The notes: generated by a model not told the origin, from the letters alone. A stretch of 64,000 bases of DNA from Octopus vulgaris (GCA_951406725.2 OX597821.1:109492001-109556000); one strand, 5' to 3'; positions 1 to 11,984 are shown, counted from the first letter of the stretch. Program-made: numbers and translations.

Positions 1-164
1 GCTGGTGTGTTTACGTCCCCGTAACTTAGCGATGCGGCAAAAGAGACCTATAGAATAAGTACTAGGCTTACAAAGAATATGTCCTGGGGTCGATTCGCTC
101 GACTAAAGGCGGTGCCCCAGCATGGCCACCGTCAAATGACTGAAACAAGTAAAAGAGTAAAAGA
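1..164 (+). mobile_element. SINE family A, 3' part (tRNA-headed CORE-like SINE)
   Basis: Matches the 3' half of the full copy at 42561-42977 (gctggtgtgtttacgtccccgtaacttagc...gaaacaagtaaaagagtaaaag). Confidence 0.9.
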
Positions 165-699
165 ACATATATATATATATACGACGGGCTTCTTTCTGTT
201 TCCGTCTGCCAAATCCACTCACAAAGCTTCGATCAGCCCGAGGCTATAGTTGAATACAGCTGTTCAATTATTGAACTTTGACCATGCTGGGGTAGAGCCT
301 TAAAGTGTTTAATCGAAGAATCGACCCCAGTAAATATTTGTTGAAGTCTTTTTTGCGAAACCATACTTTTATGCGAACGCAAACAAACCAATATCGGTTG
401 TCGAGCGATGGAAGGAAGAGAATTAGAACGCAAGGACGAACGGAAACGCTCGCGCGCACGGTGAATACTATCTCCAAAATTTGAAGCCACAATTACCAGC
501 CCTGGTAAATCACTAGTTAAACTTCGGATGAATTAACTGAGGGCGCCTTTTTATTCAAGATCACAGAGATTTTCGACTGAAACTCGAATTTACCAAGAGT
601 TACTAAAAAACGACATGACTAGACACAGCATCAACCGCAACACAACCGAGGAACAGAATGAAAATAACAGCTCAGTAGCTAAAGAGATTCTTTCTAGCT

Positions 700-880
700 G
701 AATTTATAGAAGAAACCGTAATTGCAAAATCCTTTTTCCATGGAATTATGAATGCAACCAATCTCGAGAAATCAGGCTTCTCAAAACCAGAAAGGAGAAT
801 GTTGATTCGAAAACTACAAAACCAAGCCATCACTGGAACTGTAAAAATCTTTAAAACTTTCCAGAAGTTTTATCATTTAA
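700..880 (+). pseudogene. LINE C-terminal fragment, restriction-like endonuclease (R4/Dong-like)
   Basis: Reads NLEKSGFSKPERRMLIRKLQNQAITGTVKIFKTFQKF, resembling the LQK..LLGT..I.R C-terminus of RLE LINEs. Confidence 0.5.
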
Positions 881-1051
881 GTATATATAACCATGTCTAG
901 ATATGCAAGTATATGCATGAGAATATATACATAAAACAAAACATACAAATTTGCACGTATACATACATACACAGAAGTCACAGTCACTCATAGCAAAAAG
1001 GAATACTGGTGGAATGTACCAGTGAAGACCTCAATAAAATGTAAATACAAG

Positions 1052-1177
1052 AGACCACATGGTTCCGGTTTCAGTCCCACTGCGTGGCACCTTGGGCAAG
1101 TGTCTTCTACTATAGCCCCGGGCCGACCAAAGCCTTGTGAGTGGATTTGGTAGACGGAAACTGAAAGAAGCCCGTCG

Positions 1178-1254
<77 letters not shown>

Positions 1255-1471
1255 TTGTGTGTCCGTTTTTTCCTCCCAACATCGCTTGACAACCGATGCT
1301 GGTGTGTTTACGTCCCCGTAACTTAGCGGTTCGGCAAAAGAGAATCGATAGAATAAGTGCTAGGCTTGCAAAGAATAAGTCCTGGGGTCGATTTGCTCGA
1401 CTAAAGGCGGTGCTCCAGCATGGCCACAGTCATATGACTGAAAAAAGTAAAAGAGTAAAAGAGTAAAGAGT
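1052..1471 (+). mobile_element. SINE family A, 5'-truncated
   Basis: ccacatggttccggtttcagtcccactgcgtggcaccttgggcaagtgtc (B-box-like plus CORE-like motif), internal (TA)n(TG)n, tail (gtaaaaga)n. Confidence 0.9.
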
Positions 1472-2499
1472 AACCCTCCATTTTGATATTTAGAGAACAT
1501 CTATGACCATCCTAGTCGTATATCTGAGGTTGGTGTCGACTAATTTTGTCACTCCAGATCCCTGTTGTTCCGCTAGAGCAAGGTGCATTTTAACCCTTTA
1601 CCACACCGATTATTCTATCAAATATAATACTTATATATTCACATCATTTTTCATTTGTCATGCATTATCTTGTAGCCTTGAGAATTCGATTATGTGACCA
1701 GATATTTTTTACACCAGATTAGAGCAGTCTTGAGTGTGAGCGGCCGATACTGCAATGACGATCTGGAACTCGAGTGACAATAGAAAGCTCCGAATTACCC
1801 ATCCTTGTTCTTTCCTGTCCTTTTTTGTATCGTCTAACTGTCCGGATGTTTTGTTGTCGCCTGCTACCCTCTTGTTTTTTTTTTGTTTGTTTATATATAT
1901 ATATATACATATAGCGGCGTACGTACACTTTTGGTCTCCTTTAGACTGCGGCCTCACTGTGGCGCCACCGTATTGTACCACAAACTTTTACCACTAAGTT
2001 ACGGGACTTTAAGTACACAGGCACCGGTATGTAAATGTAGCGGGGAAGAGAAACAGACAATAAGGCATACATTCAAAGACACATACACACACGCGCGCAC
2101 TCATATAGGGAAGGTGCGAAAATCTGGATCTGGCCAGGTTGAAAATAAAACAGGTAGAGTATTTTGGCCGGATATGACTGGATTAAATGCTAAAGGATAT
2201 CAAAAAATTTCCCGATCGAAATCTTGCAAACCAATTTTGGCATCCTCCCTCTACTCAGTCCATATCTTCCTGCAGATTTCCGCTGTTTTCTGCCATTTTA
2301 TAAAATAAGAAAAAAAACATGCGATTTCAATAATGTATGACAAGTCTGTGCCCATTTACACTAGTGGTACATTCCTCCAGAATAGCACCAAGGCACTATC
2401 TGTCAGCCCTAGGTTTCCCCAAACTTTTTCACTGTCCTCGGTTCTGTTAACGGCTACGCGTTCAGGTTAGTTTACTGACACTGATGTAGGAACATTTGA

Positions 2500-2950
2500 A
2501 ATTTTGTCCTGCAAAAATCTAGCTGAGGAGAACCAATCAAATTCACGATAACAAGCGTATTTTGAAGAGTTCGAAATCTAGTTCCTACATTCTCCAATTC
2601 TGAGTTGTTCATTTATCTAATGTTCTTCCTAGAGATGTTTTGCAAACAACTTGCACATGCTACGAAGCCAGCAAGTGTATGGCTGTCATCAGGAGACAAT
2701 GCGCGCCGTTTCGGGGCCTACCTCTCGACGGCATCAATGCGCATCGGCCTCCCCTCCCACTGATATGAGGCTCCGCTTGCTAGATCAACTGGTTATCAAA
2801 TAAGATGAAATAATAAGAGGCAAGATGAATTTTTTATGTTCGCTGGTCGCACACATCTTTGCCAAAATATATACAATGAAACTTTACTATAGCGTCGTAA
2901 AATTATCGACTGCTATTTCCAGTAAACATTGATGCATTGTCGTACCACTA
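2500..2950 (+). repeat. Interspersed repeat family E, interrupted copy
   Basis: Shares blocks (tatttgaagagt, atttatc.aatgttcttcctag, agcgtcgta...tgctatttccagtaaa) with 5540-5850 (+) and 15120-15420 (-). Confidence 0.6.
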
Positions 2951-3264
2951 TTCCGTATAAATATATATATCGTCATTGTATTTGGTTTGCATGTTGCAGC
3001 ATATATTATTGTGTCTGGGGTGAGTCATTTTGTTTTGATACCTTATTAATTAACACACTCACCACACCGACGCACACAAATGCGCACAAACAAACAAAAA
3101 CAACGCAGCTCTGATAAATGACAGCGCCAACGACTACTGAAGAGGTTGGAAGAAGCAGCGAAACTTTAAAAAAAATGAATAAATGAGTGGAAATCGAACC
3201 GGTGAGTGTTTTAATTAATAAGGCATTAAAACCGAATGACTCTCCCCAGACAAAATAATATATA

Positions 3265-3910
3265 TCTATATATATAAAACTCAACTTGTGTGTCTGTGTG
3301 TTTAACTTCCCGGCACATCTCCTCCTAGCCAACAAATCGTAGAACCACCAAAAATGGGTCACTTAGAGTTTAGGCGAATGAAAATTGAACTGCGCTATTT
3401 CTGTTCCGAAATTCATCTCGCAAGTTCAAAAATCGATAATGTGTTTGTTTAGGCCTTATCCCATGCATTGAATAGTGAACTTTACTCAGTCAGCTGTTTG
3501 ACGTGAACTGTGTTCACCACGCGTGCAAGCATGCGTAAATTGCATGAAAAATAAAAAATCAAGATATAAAAACGAATCGCCGTAATAATTGTAGAAATTC
3601 GGCAAAGAAATGAATTTTCGGGATGTAGCCTGGAGGGTTTTTTCGTATTAATCGTTTGAACTTTGTGAACACATACCAATTGTTTTCATAACATTTTTAA
3701 CGCTTTGAAATAAATGTGACCATTTTGCGTTGAGTCTGTAGTTTGAATCACTTTAACCAAATTTTAGCAGGCCGGATTTTGATCATCACGATACATCGCC
3801 CGCGACTCCCTGAAACTCTCCCCTGAAATCCCCATTGAGAAATCTATATATATAAAACTCAATTTGTGTGCCTGTGTGTGTATCTGTGTGTGTGTCTGTG
3901 TGTTTAACTT
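3265..3910 (+). mobile_element. Non-autonomous Helitron-like 5' parts (two TC-starting ends, 3265 and 3843)
   Basis: A|TCTATATATATAAAACTCAA(c/t)TTGTGTG occurs twice, the same style of 5' end as the Helitron-like elements at 24099 and 43414. Confidence 0.55.
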
Positions 3911-3960
3911 TTGGATCTACCAAGTTTCATTATTAAGGATGGAAAGTAGTGTGTAGAAAA

Positions 3961-4347
3961 TATATATATATAAAGCTGAAGTTGTCTGTGTGGCAGGTTT
4001 GGTAGCCTTCAACTAACACTATCTCCTTCAAGACTCTGCAGCGCAAGTTGACCAAAATTGAGAGTATGATAGTAGAAGGCTTGCTCTTCATTCTGTAGAA
4101 GATAAAATTCAAATCGGACCATATTAACACCAAAAATTATTTACATCAAAAAGGTGCTTTTTTTCTATGAAAATCCCTATTTTTTACGATTTTTGACTGC
4201 TGTGTCACCTTTTTTCGGTGTATTTCAACTGGGAAAATGTTCACTTGAAGAGAATAACAAGTTGCATAATGCACAATTTTTACTTTTCAAAAATTCCAAT
4301 TCTAAAGGGTCGAAGCAAACCCAAGCAACACCGGGTGATACTGTAAG
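3961..4347 (+). mobile_element. Non-autonomous Helitron
   Basis: tatataaa start; 3' end aaacccaagcaacaccgggtgatactgtaag is a degenerate version of the hairpin+CTAG end at 24587 and 43791. Confidence 0.65.
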
Positions 4348-4888
4348 TATCCATATATATATGTGTGTGTGTATGTGTGTTTATATATGTATATATATAT
4401 ATATGTATATATATATGTGTATATATATATGTATATATATGTGTATATATATATATGTATATATATATGTGTGTATATATATATGTATATATATGTGTGT
4501 GTATGTATGTATCACCCTGTGTAAAAACCGGTTTGTGTGGAGCATTTCAATTTCAATTTTGATAAGCACCATATCGTTTACAGTATATGTTGTACGTTAC
4601 TCTTTCACTCACATATATCTATCTACCTATCTATATGTCTATCTTTCTATCTATCTATCTATCCACACACACACATGCACACACACACACATATAAACAT
4701 ACAGGATAATACACATATTCCCACGGCCATTTCCACGCGCACACAAGCAAATATATATATGCGACGAATTTCCTACGCAGATCCCACTTGCCCATATAAA
4801 GTGATATATAAGTGTATAAATATATGTGGGAGGTGTTGAATATACTGTGTGTGTTTGTATATGTATGTATATCTATATATTTATATAA

Positions 4889-4919
<31 letters not shown>

Positions 4920-5059
4920 CTCTGTGTGCGTGAAAGTATGTATATTAATACTCAATTGTTTGTTACATAGAATTTCCTCCAAAATACTTTTTAGGACTTT
5001 CCAGTATTTTCTAAAACTCTATGACAAAACGGAATATACATACATCCTTATATATACAT

Positions 5060-5124
<65 letters not shown>

Positions 5125-5163
5125 CATACATATATATATATATATGTATATATACATACATAC

Positions 5164-5223
<60 letters not shown>

Positions 5224-5539
5224 GCATATATATATGTATATATATTTCTTTATTGATTTTTCTTTTTTATTTTTATTTTATTTCTTATTTTTTATTTTTT
5301 ATTATTATCATTTATTATTTTTTCTTTTTAATTTTCCATACACCCATTTTTATTAAAATTTACTTTCAAATTTAGCATTCTGCCTTATTATAATTTTTCC
5401 TCTCCTATCATTTCCCCACGTGCGGCCAACACAACCCCACCATTTATTGATTTGTATATATATATATACTGGAAAGCAATACTCTCGTATTGCATTACTA
5501 TTTTTATTGAAACTTCTTCACTGTTCTTGTTCTGTCAGC

Positions 5540-5850
5540 GTTTTGGCGTTTCAGTCGAGTGTATTGGCATTGATGTGGCAACATCTGAAATGTTGTCGGG
5601 TATATGTTGGCTGATGAAGATAAATCAAGTATATGTGTGCAGACATATCTTGAAAAATCTGAAACCAGTCCCACATTATCCCTTTCTAGGTATTTCATCT
5701 TTCAGATGTTCTCCCTGGAGGTAAGACAATTTTTTTCAAGTTTGTTGCACACACGCATTTTTGCTAGTACATATGTGGTGAAGCGTCGTATTTATTACGT
5801 TCGCTATTTTCCAGTAAATATCGGTACTTCTTTGTGCCATATATTTACTT
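5540..5850 (+). repeat. Interspersed repeat family E
   Basis: Similar to the reverse complement of 15120-15420 and to 2500-2950. Confidence 0.6.
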
Positions 5851-5877
5851 CTATGTATATATATCTATATATATATA

Positions 5878-5941
<64 letters not shown>

Positions 5942-6149
5942 TTACGGAACATCTAGATAGCGTAGAAATGCTCAAATCGAACCTAGGGCGTTAGATAAAT
6001 ATGGTGGATAGAATAGAAAAAGTTCAAATCAGGCAGACTACGATTAACGCATGCGTAAACGGGTTTAGTTAGGATGAAATAAGAATCCTTGTTTTTCCTT
6101 ACGTAAACCCGTATATGTGTGTGTTAATCGATGTCTGCCTGATTTGAGC

Positions 6150-6186
<37 letters not shown>

Positions 6187-6246
6187 GCATGCTGGACCGC
6201 TGAAGTCTAGACGTTTTTTACATTCTCTCTGTTTATTTTCTCTTAT

Positions 6247-6285
6247 TCTTCTCTGATGAAGAGCGTAGGCTCGAAGCATAAAAGA
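6247..6285 (+). ncRNA. Degenerate minimal hammerhead ribozyme motif
   Basis: CTGATGA-A-GAGC gtag GCTC-GAAG-CATA; GAAA and stem III are mutated; same family as 36305 and 47541. Confidence 0.55.
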
Positions 6286-6539
6286 CCTTTACATTTTCCC
6301 GAGCGTCCAACTTATACATCTGCTTGTTGTTCATATTCCTGTCTTAAGCTTTTGTTTTTCTATAGATTTCAGTATATATATATTTATGTATGTATGTGTG
6401 TGTGTATATGTATATGTATTTGTGTATTTATGTATATTTCGTTTTGTCATGAAATTTTTAGAAAGCACTGTAATTTCCTAAAAGTCCTCTCGAAGGAAAT
6501 TCTGTGGAACAAACAATTGAGTATTAAGATGCATATTTA

Positions 6540-6571
6540 CTCTCTCTCTCTCCCTCCCTCTGTCTCTCTCT

Positions 6572-6611
<40 letters not shown>

Positions 6612-7268
6612 CTCTCACACACACCTACATACTCTCTCTCTCACATACACAGACTCTCTCTCTCACACACACTCTCTTTCTCAGACACACATACAATCTC
6701 TCTCTTTCACACACGCACACACACATACTCTCTCTTACAAACACACACTCTCTCTCTCTCTCTCTCACACATACACTCTCACTCTCTCACACACACACAC
6801 ACTCTCTCCCTCACACACATTCTCTTTCATACACACACTGTCTCTCACACACACACTCTCTCTCTCCCACACACATATACTCTCTCTCTCACATACATAC
6901 ACACACTCTCTCGGTCCCACACACATACGCTCTCTCTCTCACATACACACACACTCTCTCTCTCTCACACACACACTCTGTCTCTCACATACACACACAC
7001 TCTCTCTCACACATACATACACACACACACACACACTCTATCTCTCACATACACACACACTCTCTCTCTCTCTCTCACACACACACTCTCTCTCGCACAC
7101 ACGCTCTCTCTCACACACATTCTCTGTCACACACACACACACACACACACACTCTCTCCCACACACATACACTCCCTATCACACACACACACACACACAC
7201 TCTCTCCCATACACATACACTCTCTCCCCCATACTCTGTCCCCCACTCTCTCTCTTTCTCTCTCTCTC
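6540..7268. repeat. Compound (CT)n/(CA)n microsatellite
   Basis: Directly visible. Confidence 0.95.
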
Positions 7269-7393
7269 ATATATATTTGTTACTCTGATGATTTCACACT
7301 TATAAACAATGTCATGACGGGAGGAAATCTATTCCGATGCCGGACATAAGGAAGAGTGCAAAATACTCAGCCGCTCGCCATAGCAGTAGCGAG

Positions 7394-7978
7394 AACAGCA
7401 CAAACAACAGCAACAACAACAGCAACAACAGCAAAAACAACAGCAAAAACAACAGCAACAACAACAGCAACAACAACAGCAACAACAACAGCAAAAACAA
7501 CAGCAACAACAACAGCAACAACAACAGCAACAACAACAGCAAAAACAACAGCAACAACAACAGCAACAACAACAGCAAAAACAACAGCAAAAACAACAGC
7601 AACAACAACAGCAACAACAACAGCAAAAACAACAGCAACAACAACAGCAACAACAACAGCAAAAACAACAGCAACAACAACAGCAAAAACAACAGCAAAA
7701 ACAACAGCAACAACAACAGCAACAACAACAGCAAAAACAACAGCAACAACAACAGCAACAACAACAGCAACAACAACAGCAAAAACAACAGCAACAACAA
7801 CAGCAACAACAACAGCAAAAACAACAGCAACAACAACAGCAACAACAACAGCAAAAACAACAGCAACAACAACAGCAACAACAACAGCAAAAACAACAGC
7901 AACAACAACAGCAACAACAACAGCAAAAACAACAGCAACAACAACAGCAACAACAACAGCAAAAACACCAACAACAGT
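7394..7978. repeat. 12-bp-period AAC/AGC minisatellite (aacaacagcaa[c/a])
   Basis: Directly visible; source of the poly-N/S and poly-T/A ORFs. Confidence 0.95.
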
Positions 7979-8039
7979 AAAAACAGAAACAGCGAAAAAA
8001 CAGCAGTAACAGAAATAGTATCGAGAGCAATAATAAACA

Positions 8040-8620
8040 ATGAAGAAGAAGAAGGATGAAGGAGAAGAAGAAGAAGGATGAAGGAGAAGAAGAAGAAGGA
8101 TGAAGGAGAAGAAGAAGAAGAAGAAGGATGAAGGAGAAGAAGAAGAAGAAGAAGAAGGATGAAGGAGAAGAAGAAGAAGAAGGAGGAGGATGAAGGAGAA
8201 GAAGAAGAAGGAGGAGGAGGAGGAGGAGAAGAAGAAGGATGAAGGAGAAGAAGAAGAAGAAGAAGAAGGATGAAGGAGAAGAAGAAGAAGAAGGAGGAGG
8301 AGGAGGAGGAGGAGAAGAAGAAGGATGAAGGAGAAGAAGAAGAAGAAGAAGAAGAAGAAGAAAAAGAAGAAAAGAAGAAGAAGAAGAAGAAGAAGAGGAA
8401 GGAGAAGAAGAAGAAGAAGAAAAGGAGAAGAAGGAGAAAAAGAAAAGGAGAAGAAGGAGAAAAAGAAAAGAAGAAGAAAAAGAAGAAGAAGAGGAAGGAG
8501 AAGAAGAAGAAAAAGAAGAAAAAGAAGAAGAAAAGGAGAAGAAAAAGAAGAAGAAGAAGAAGAAGAAGAACAACAACAACAACATTAACCACAACAGCAA
8601 CAACAACAACAACAACAACC
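8040..8620. repeat. (GAA)n/(GGA)n purine tract followed by (AAC)n
   Basis: Directly visible. Confidence 0.95.
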
Positions 8621-9375
8621 TCTACAACAACGCTCACATCACTTACACCAACAGCAACGATGTCAGTACCAACAACAGCAACAATACAAATAGCAACAAA
8701 CAGCAACTACGATAAAATAAGGCGAAGCATCGACAGAGGCATGAGACCTCTGGCGGAAAGAGCTTGCGGTATTCATTCGGGAACGTATCCTTGATACCCA
8801 TCCTTGAAACCAGTGGCTCTCAATCGGTGTCCATGTGACCTCTTCACGTTCACATCACCCTTAAGGGTCCATGGAAGATATTATTGCTGACATGTTTTAC
8901 GCATTAACTTGGTTATACTTCTGTCATGCACAAAATTCTTTAATGATTTTTTGTTTTCGTACAGACGTGTTTGCGTGGTAAGAAGTTTGGTTCCCAACTG
9001 AAAGTGTCACAGTTCAATCTCACTACATGCCACCTTGGTCAAGTGTCTTCTGCTATAGTTTCGGGCCGACCAAAGCCCTATGAGTGGTTTTGGTAGACGG
9101 AAACTGAAGGAATCGCGTCATATATATATTATATATTATAAAATTATTTTCAGAAAAAAATTTCATCAAAGGTGGCAGCATATTAAAATACCTTTAAAGG
9201 CTAAAATTATTAACAACTTATAATCAATGGCAAAAAAATATTATTTCAATGCCAATATGCTGAAAACAGACTTTAATTCCTCAATTTCTACATTTCATTA
9301 TACATTCACTATAAATACACGTCGTGCTGAAATCGAGGAAAGCTAGCTAACAGAATTTTTTAAAAAAGTTCGTTA

Positions 9376-9434
9376 TTTCTATATTGAATCAATTTCGGGA
9401 TTAATCCTATGGATTCTTCCCTCTTCAGTAGAAA
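9376..9434 (-). ncRNA. Type I hammerhead ribozyme, complete core
   Basis: Minus strand: tttcta-CTGAAGA-GGGAagAATCC ata GGATTaaTCCC-GAAA-TTG att CAA-TA-tagaaa. Stems I, II, III all pair and the core CUGANGA/GAAA/UH is intact. Confidence 0.8.
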
Positions 9435-10591
9435 ATACGATAAGAAATAAATGAAACACTTACGCGCACTCCAGAAAAGAGCATAAGCAAGAGTCATGTG
9501 TACGCCTAAGTAACCCCAGTTATATCTAAATGTAAAATCCTTTAGCCAGCCTCAGCACACGTGTGAACTATTCTGAACTACAACTTATAGTGGTTACCAG
9601 TCCCTAAGTGAATGATAATAAATCTACTTCTAAAATAGGATAAAACTTTTTTCAGAAAATAATTTCATCCAAAGTGGCAGCATATAAAAATTGATTCAAT
9701 ATAGAAATAACGAACTTTTTAAAATAAATTCTGTTAGCTAACTTTCTTCGATTTCAGCACGGCGTGTATTTATAGTGAATGTATAATGAATTGTTGAAAT
9801 TGACGATTTAAAGTCTGTTCTCAGTATATTGGCATAGAAATAATTTTTCTTTTGACCATCATCATCATCATCATCATCATCAATTTCATCACTAACACTT
9901 CCACCCACCACCATTGCCTCCCTTACCACTTTCTTCATCACTCACCATCATCATCATGACCACCATCATCATCATCATTTTAGTCTTCATAATATACTCT
10001 CCTTCCCTTCTACCCCTAATCCCTCACTCAAACACACACACACACACACATTATAAATTAGTAGTTGTGCTTCATCAGGATGGGATCTTCCTCAGTTTCT
10101 AAGATGTACATTTTAAGTCGTTCGATCAATAAAACTTATCAGCTCTTAAAATTAACGAGCATGGGGACTGAGTACCCCAAAGAAAAACACGAGTACTCTT
10201 AAAAATAAAACTAATGCTGAATTAACTTGGAACAATATGTGACAAAGCTCGACCTTACAGAGTTCCAGGCATGACCCACTCGTCAAGTTACAGTGTTGTT
10301 CCCGTCAACCTTAGATGTTATAGTGAGAGAGACATACTCAAGATTCACAGTGTGAGATCGAACACGGGATCTCACGATTGAGAACTGAAGGTTTTTTCAT
10401 TTATGTCAAGTACTGGGGAACGGTATTCTTGATAAAATTCAACCTCACGATGCGTTGTGATGTTCATGCCTTTTCCCATTGAAATTTCCTGTGAATTCAG
10501 ACGGTTGTTGTTGGTTAATCACAGTTTACCCCTTAATCGGATAGATCTATGGACAAAAGGGTTCCAAACATGACCATCCTGTTTTTGATCT

Positions 10592-10663
10592 GCCTTAGTA
10601 CTCTAGTGGTAAGTAGGCCCACCTGTCACACAGGAGATCGAGGATCGATTCCTGGCCAGAGAG
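10592..10663 (+). pseudogene. tRNA-Asp(GTC)-derived copy 1
   Basis: tagtggtaagtaggcccacctGTCacacaggagatcgaggatcgattcctggccagagag aligns to eukaryotic tRNA-Asp; stems degraded. Confidence 0.7.
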
Positions 10664-10763
10664 CGAAATTGTCTTTAAAAAGTCGTTCCTCTTCATCTCT
10701 CAACTTATCATGAAGGGCATCTGGGGATCTTAGTGTTGGCAGACGCATAGCTCGCCACTATTC

Positions 10764-10899
10764 GGAAAGGATCGATGATCCACGCTTCCGCGGTTCGTAT
10801 TCGTATTGAAAATCGAGATCGAGCGAGCTTTTACCCTTTTGCTCGACATGTGGTTTCCGTTCACGCTCAGCTCGTCATTGAACATCTCCGTTCAGACAG
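10764..10899 (-). rRNA. 28S (LSU) rRNA fragment, pseudogenic
   Basis: Reverse complement GAGCAAAAGGGTAAAAGCTCGCTCGATCTCGATTTTCAATACGAATACGAACCGCGGAAGCGTGG...CGATCCTT matches the conserved eukaryotic LSU segment GAGCAGAAGGGCAAAAGCTCGCTTGATCTTGATTTTCAGTACGAATACAGACCGTGAAAGCG. Confidence 0.85.
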
Positions 10900-10985
10900 C
10901 TGTTTTTGGTTAGCTACAATTTAACCCTTAGTCGGATAGATCTATGGTTAAAAGGATTCTAAATATGACCAACCTTTTTTTACCC

Positions 10986-11057
10986 TCCTTAGTTGTATAG
11001 TGGTAAGTATCCCCACTAGTCACACAGGCGATCAAGGTTCGATTCCTCGCCAGAGAG
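10986..11057 (+). pseudogene. tRNA-Asp(GTC)-derived copy 2
   Basis: gtatagtggtaagtatccccactaGTCacacaggcgatcaaGGTTCGATTCCtcgccagagag; A-box and B-box retained, acceptor and anticodon stems imperfect. Confidence 0.75.
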
Positions 11058-11559
11058 CGAAATTCTCTTTAAATAGTGATTTCCCATTATCTGTCAAATT
11101 ATCACGAGGGACATCTGAAGATCTTCGACAGTATTTTTTCACGAACCTAAAGAGAAATGGCCAGGATGGCAACAGCCCGTGGCCTGGAACGAATAAAGGA
11201 ATTAAAGAATTTAGACTGCATTATCCAATGTGATCTGTTTGGGGTTTCAGAGAAATTTGGATGCTATTTCTACCAAAACAGAAGATCGCTCGAGACTCCA
11301 TGAAAATAAGGACGTTATTTTCGTGGAAAAATAACGTCCTTAGTGCTGTCAAAACACTAAAATCTCCAGATGTCCTTCATGATAAGCTAAGAGATAATGA
11401 GTCGGATGTGCGTCATGTCCTTCTACTGTGACCAGCACTATTATGTTCGTGTGGCCAAACACTTAACGTTTAAATTGCTTAGTTCAAGTAGCCGTAAATA
11501 GGACTACATAAAAAAAAACAGGTCGACGTTCGAAGAAAACAGACCGCTGATACACCAGA

Positions 11560-11820
11560 GTAAATCCAACGCAAATCCAATGAAAACCCACCGTAAATTC
11601 ACTACAAGAAAGCATAGTAAACATAAATCCACTATAAGTCCACTGTAAATCTACTGTAAAGCAACTGTAAGTCTACTGTATGTCTGCTGTAAAAGAACTG
11701 TAAGTCCACTTTAGGCCTACTATAAAGCTTTCGTAAATGTACTGTAAATCTACTGTAGATCCACCACAAATCCACTGCAAATCTACTGTAAAACCGATGT
11801 GAGTCTACTGGAAATCTACT
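11560..11820. repeat. Degenerate 11-bp minisatellite (aaatc[c/t]actgt)
   Basis: About 20 imperfect units such as aatccactgta, aatctactgta, agtctactgta. Confidence 0.8.
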
Positions 11821-11984
11821 TGCCTCTCTGGATAGTTCTCTTCATACTTATGTCTTTTGTATCCACAGAAAAGAAGCCAAAAACAAAAACAACAACAACA
11901 AAAAAAACAATGTCAACTCAATGTCCAGCGCTAGAGAGTGAAATATTAAAAACAAGTCAGGAGTCTGGGGACTGTTTTAGCTGG

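Noticed and set aside
3137-3168. CTGAAGA...GAAA hammerhead-like string
   Set aside because: Stem II is plausible but there is no stem III or stem I pairing.
6256-8794. Long ORFs of 174-464 aa (His/Thr/Ser/Leu-rich, poly-N, poly-K/E)
   Set aside because: They are translations of microsatellites open in several frames on both strands, with no domain or splice evidence.
10592-11057. Functional tRNA-Asp genes or an rDNA locus
   Set aside because: Cloverleaf stems are broken and the 28S match is only ~135 bp; treated as pseudogenic.
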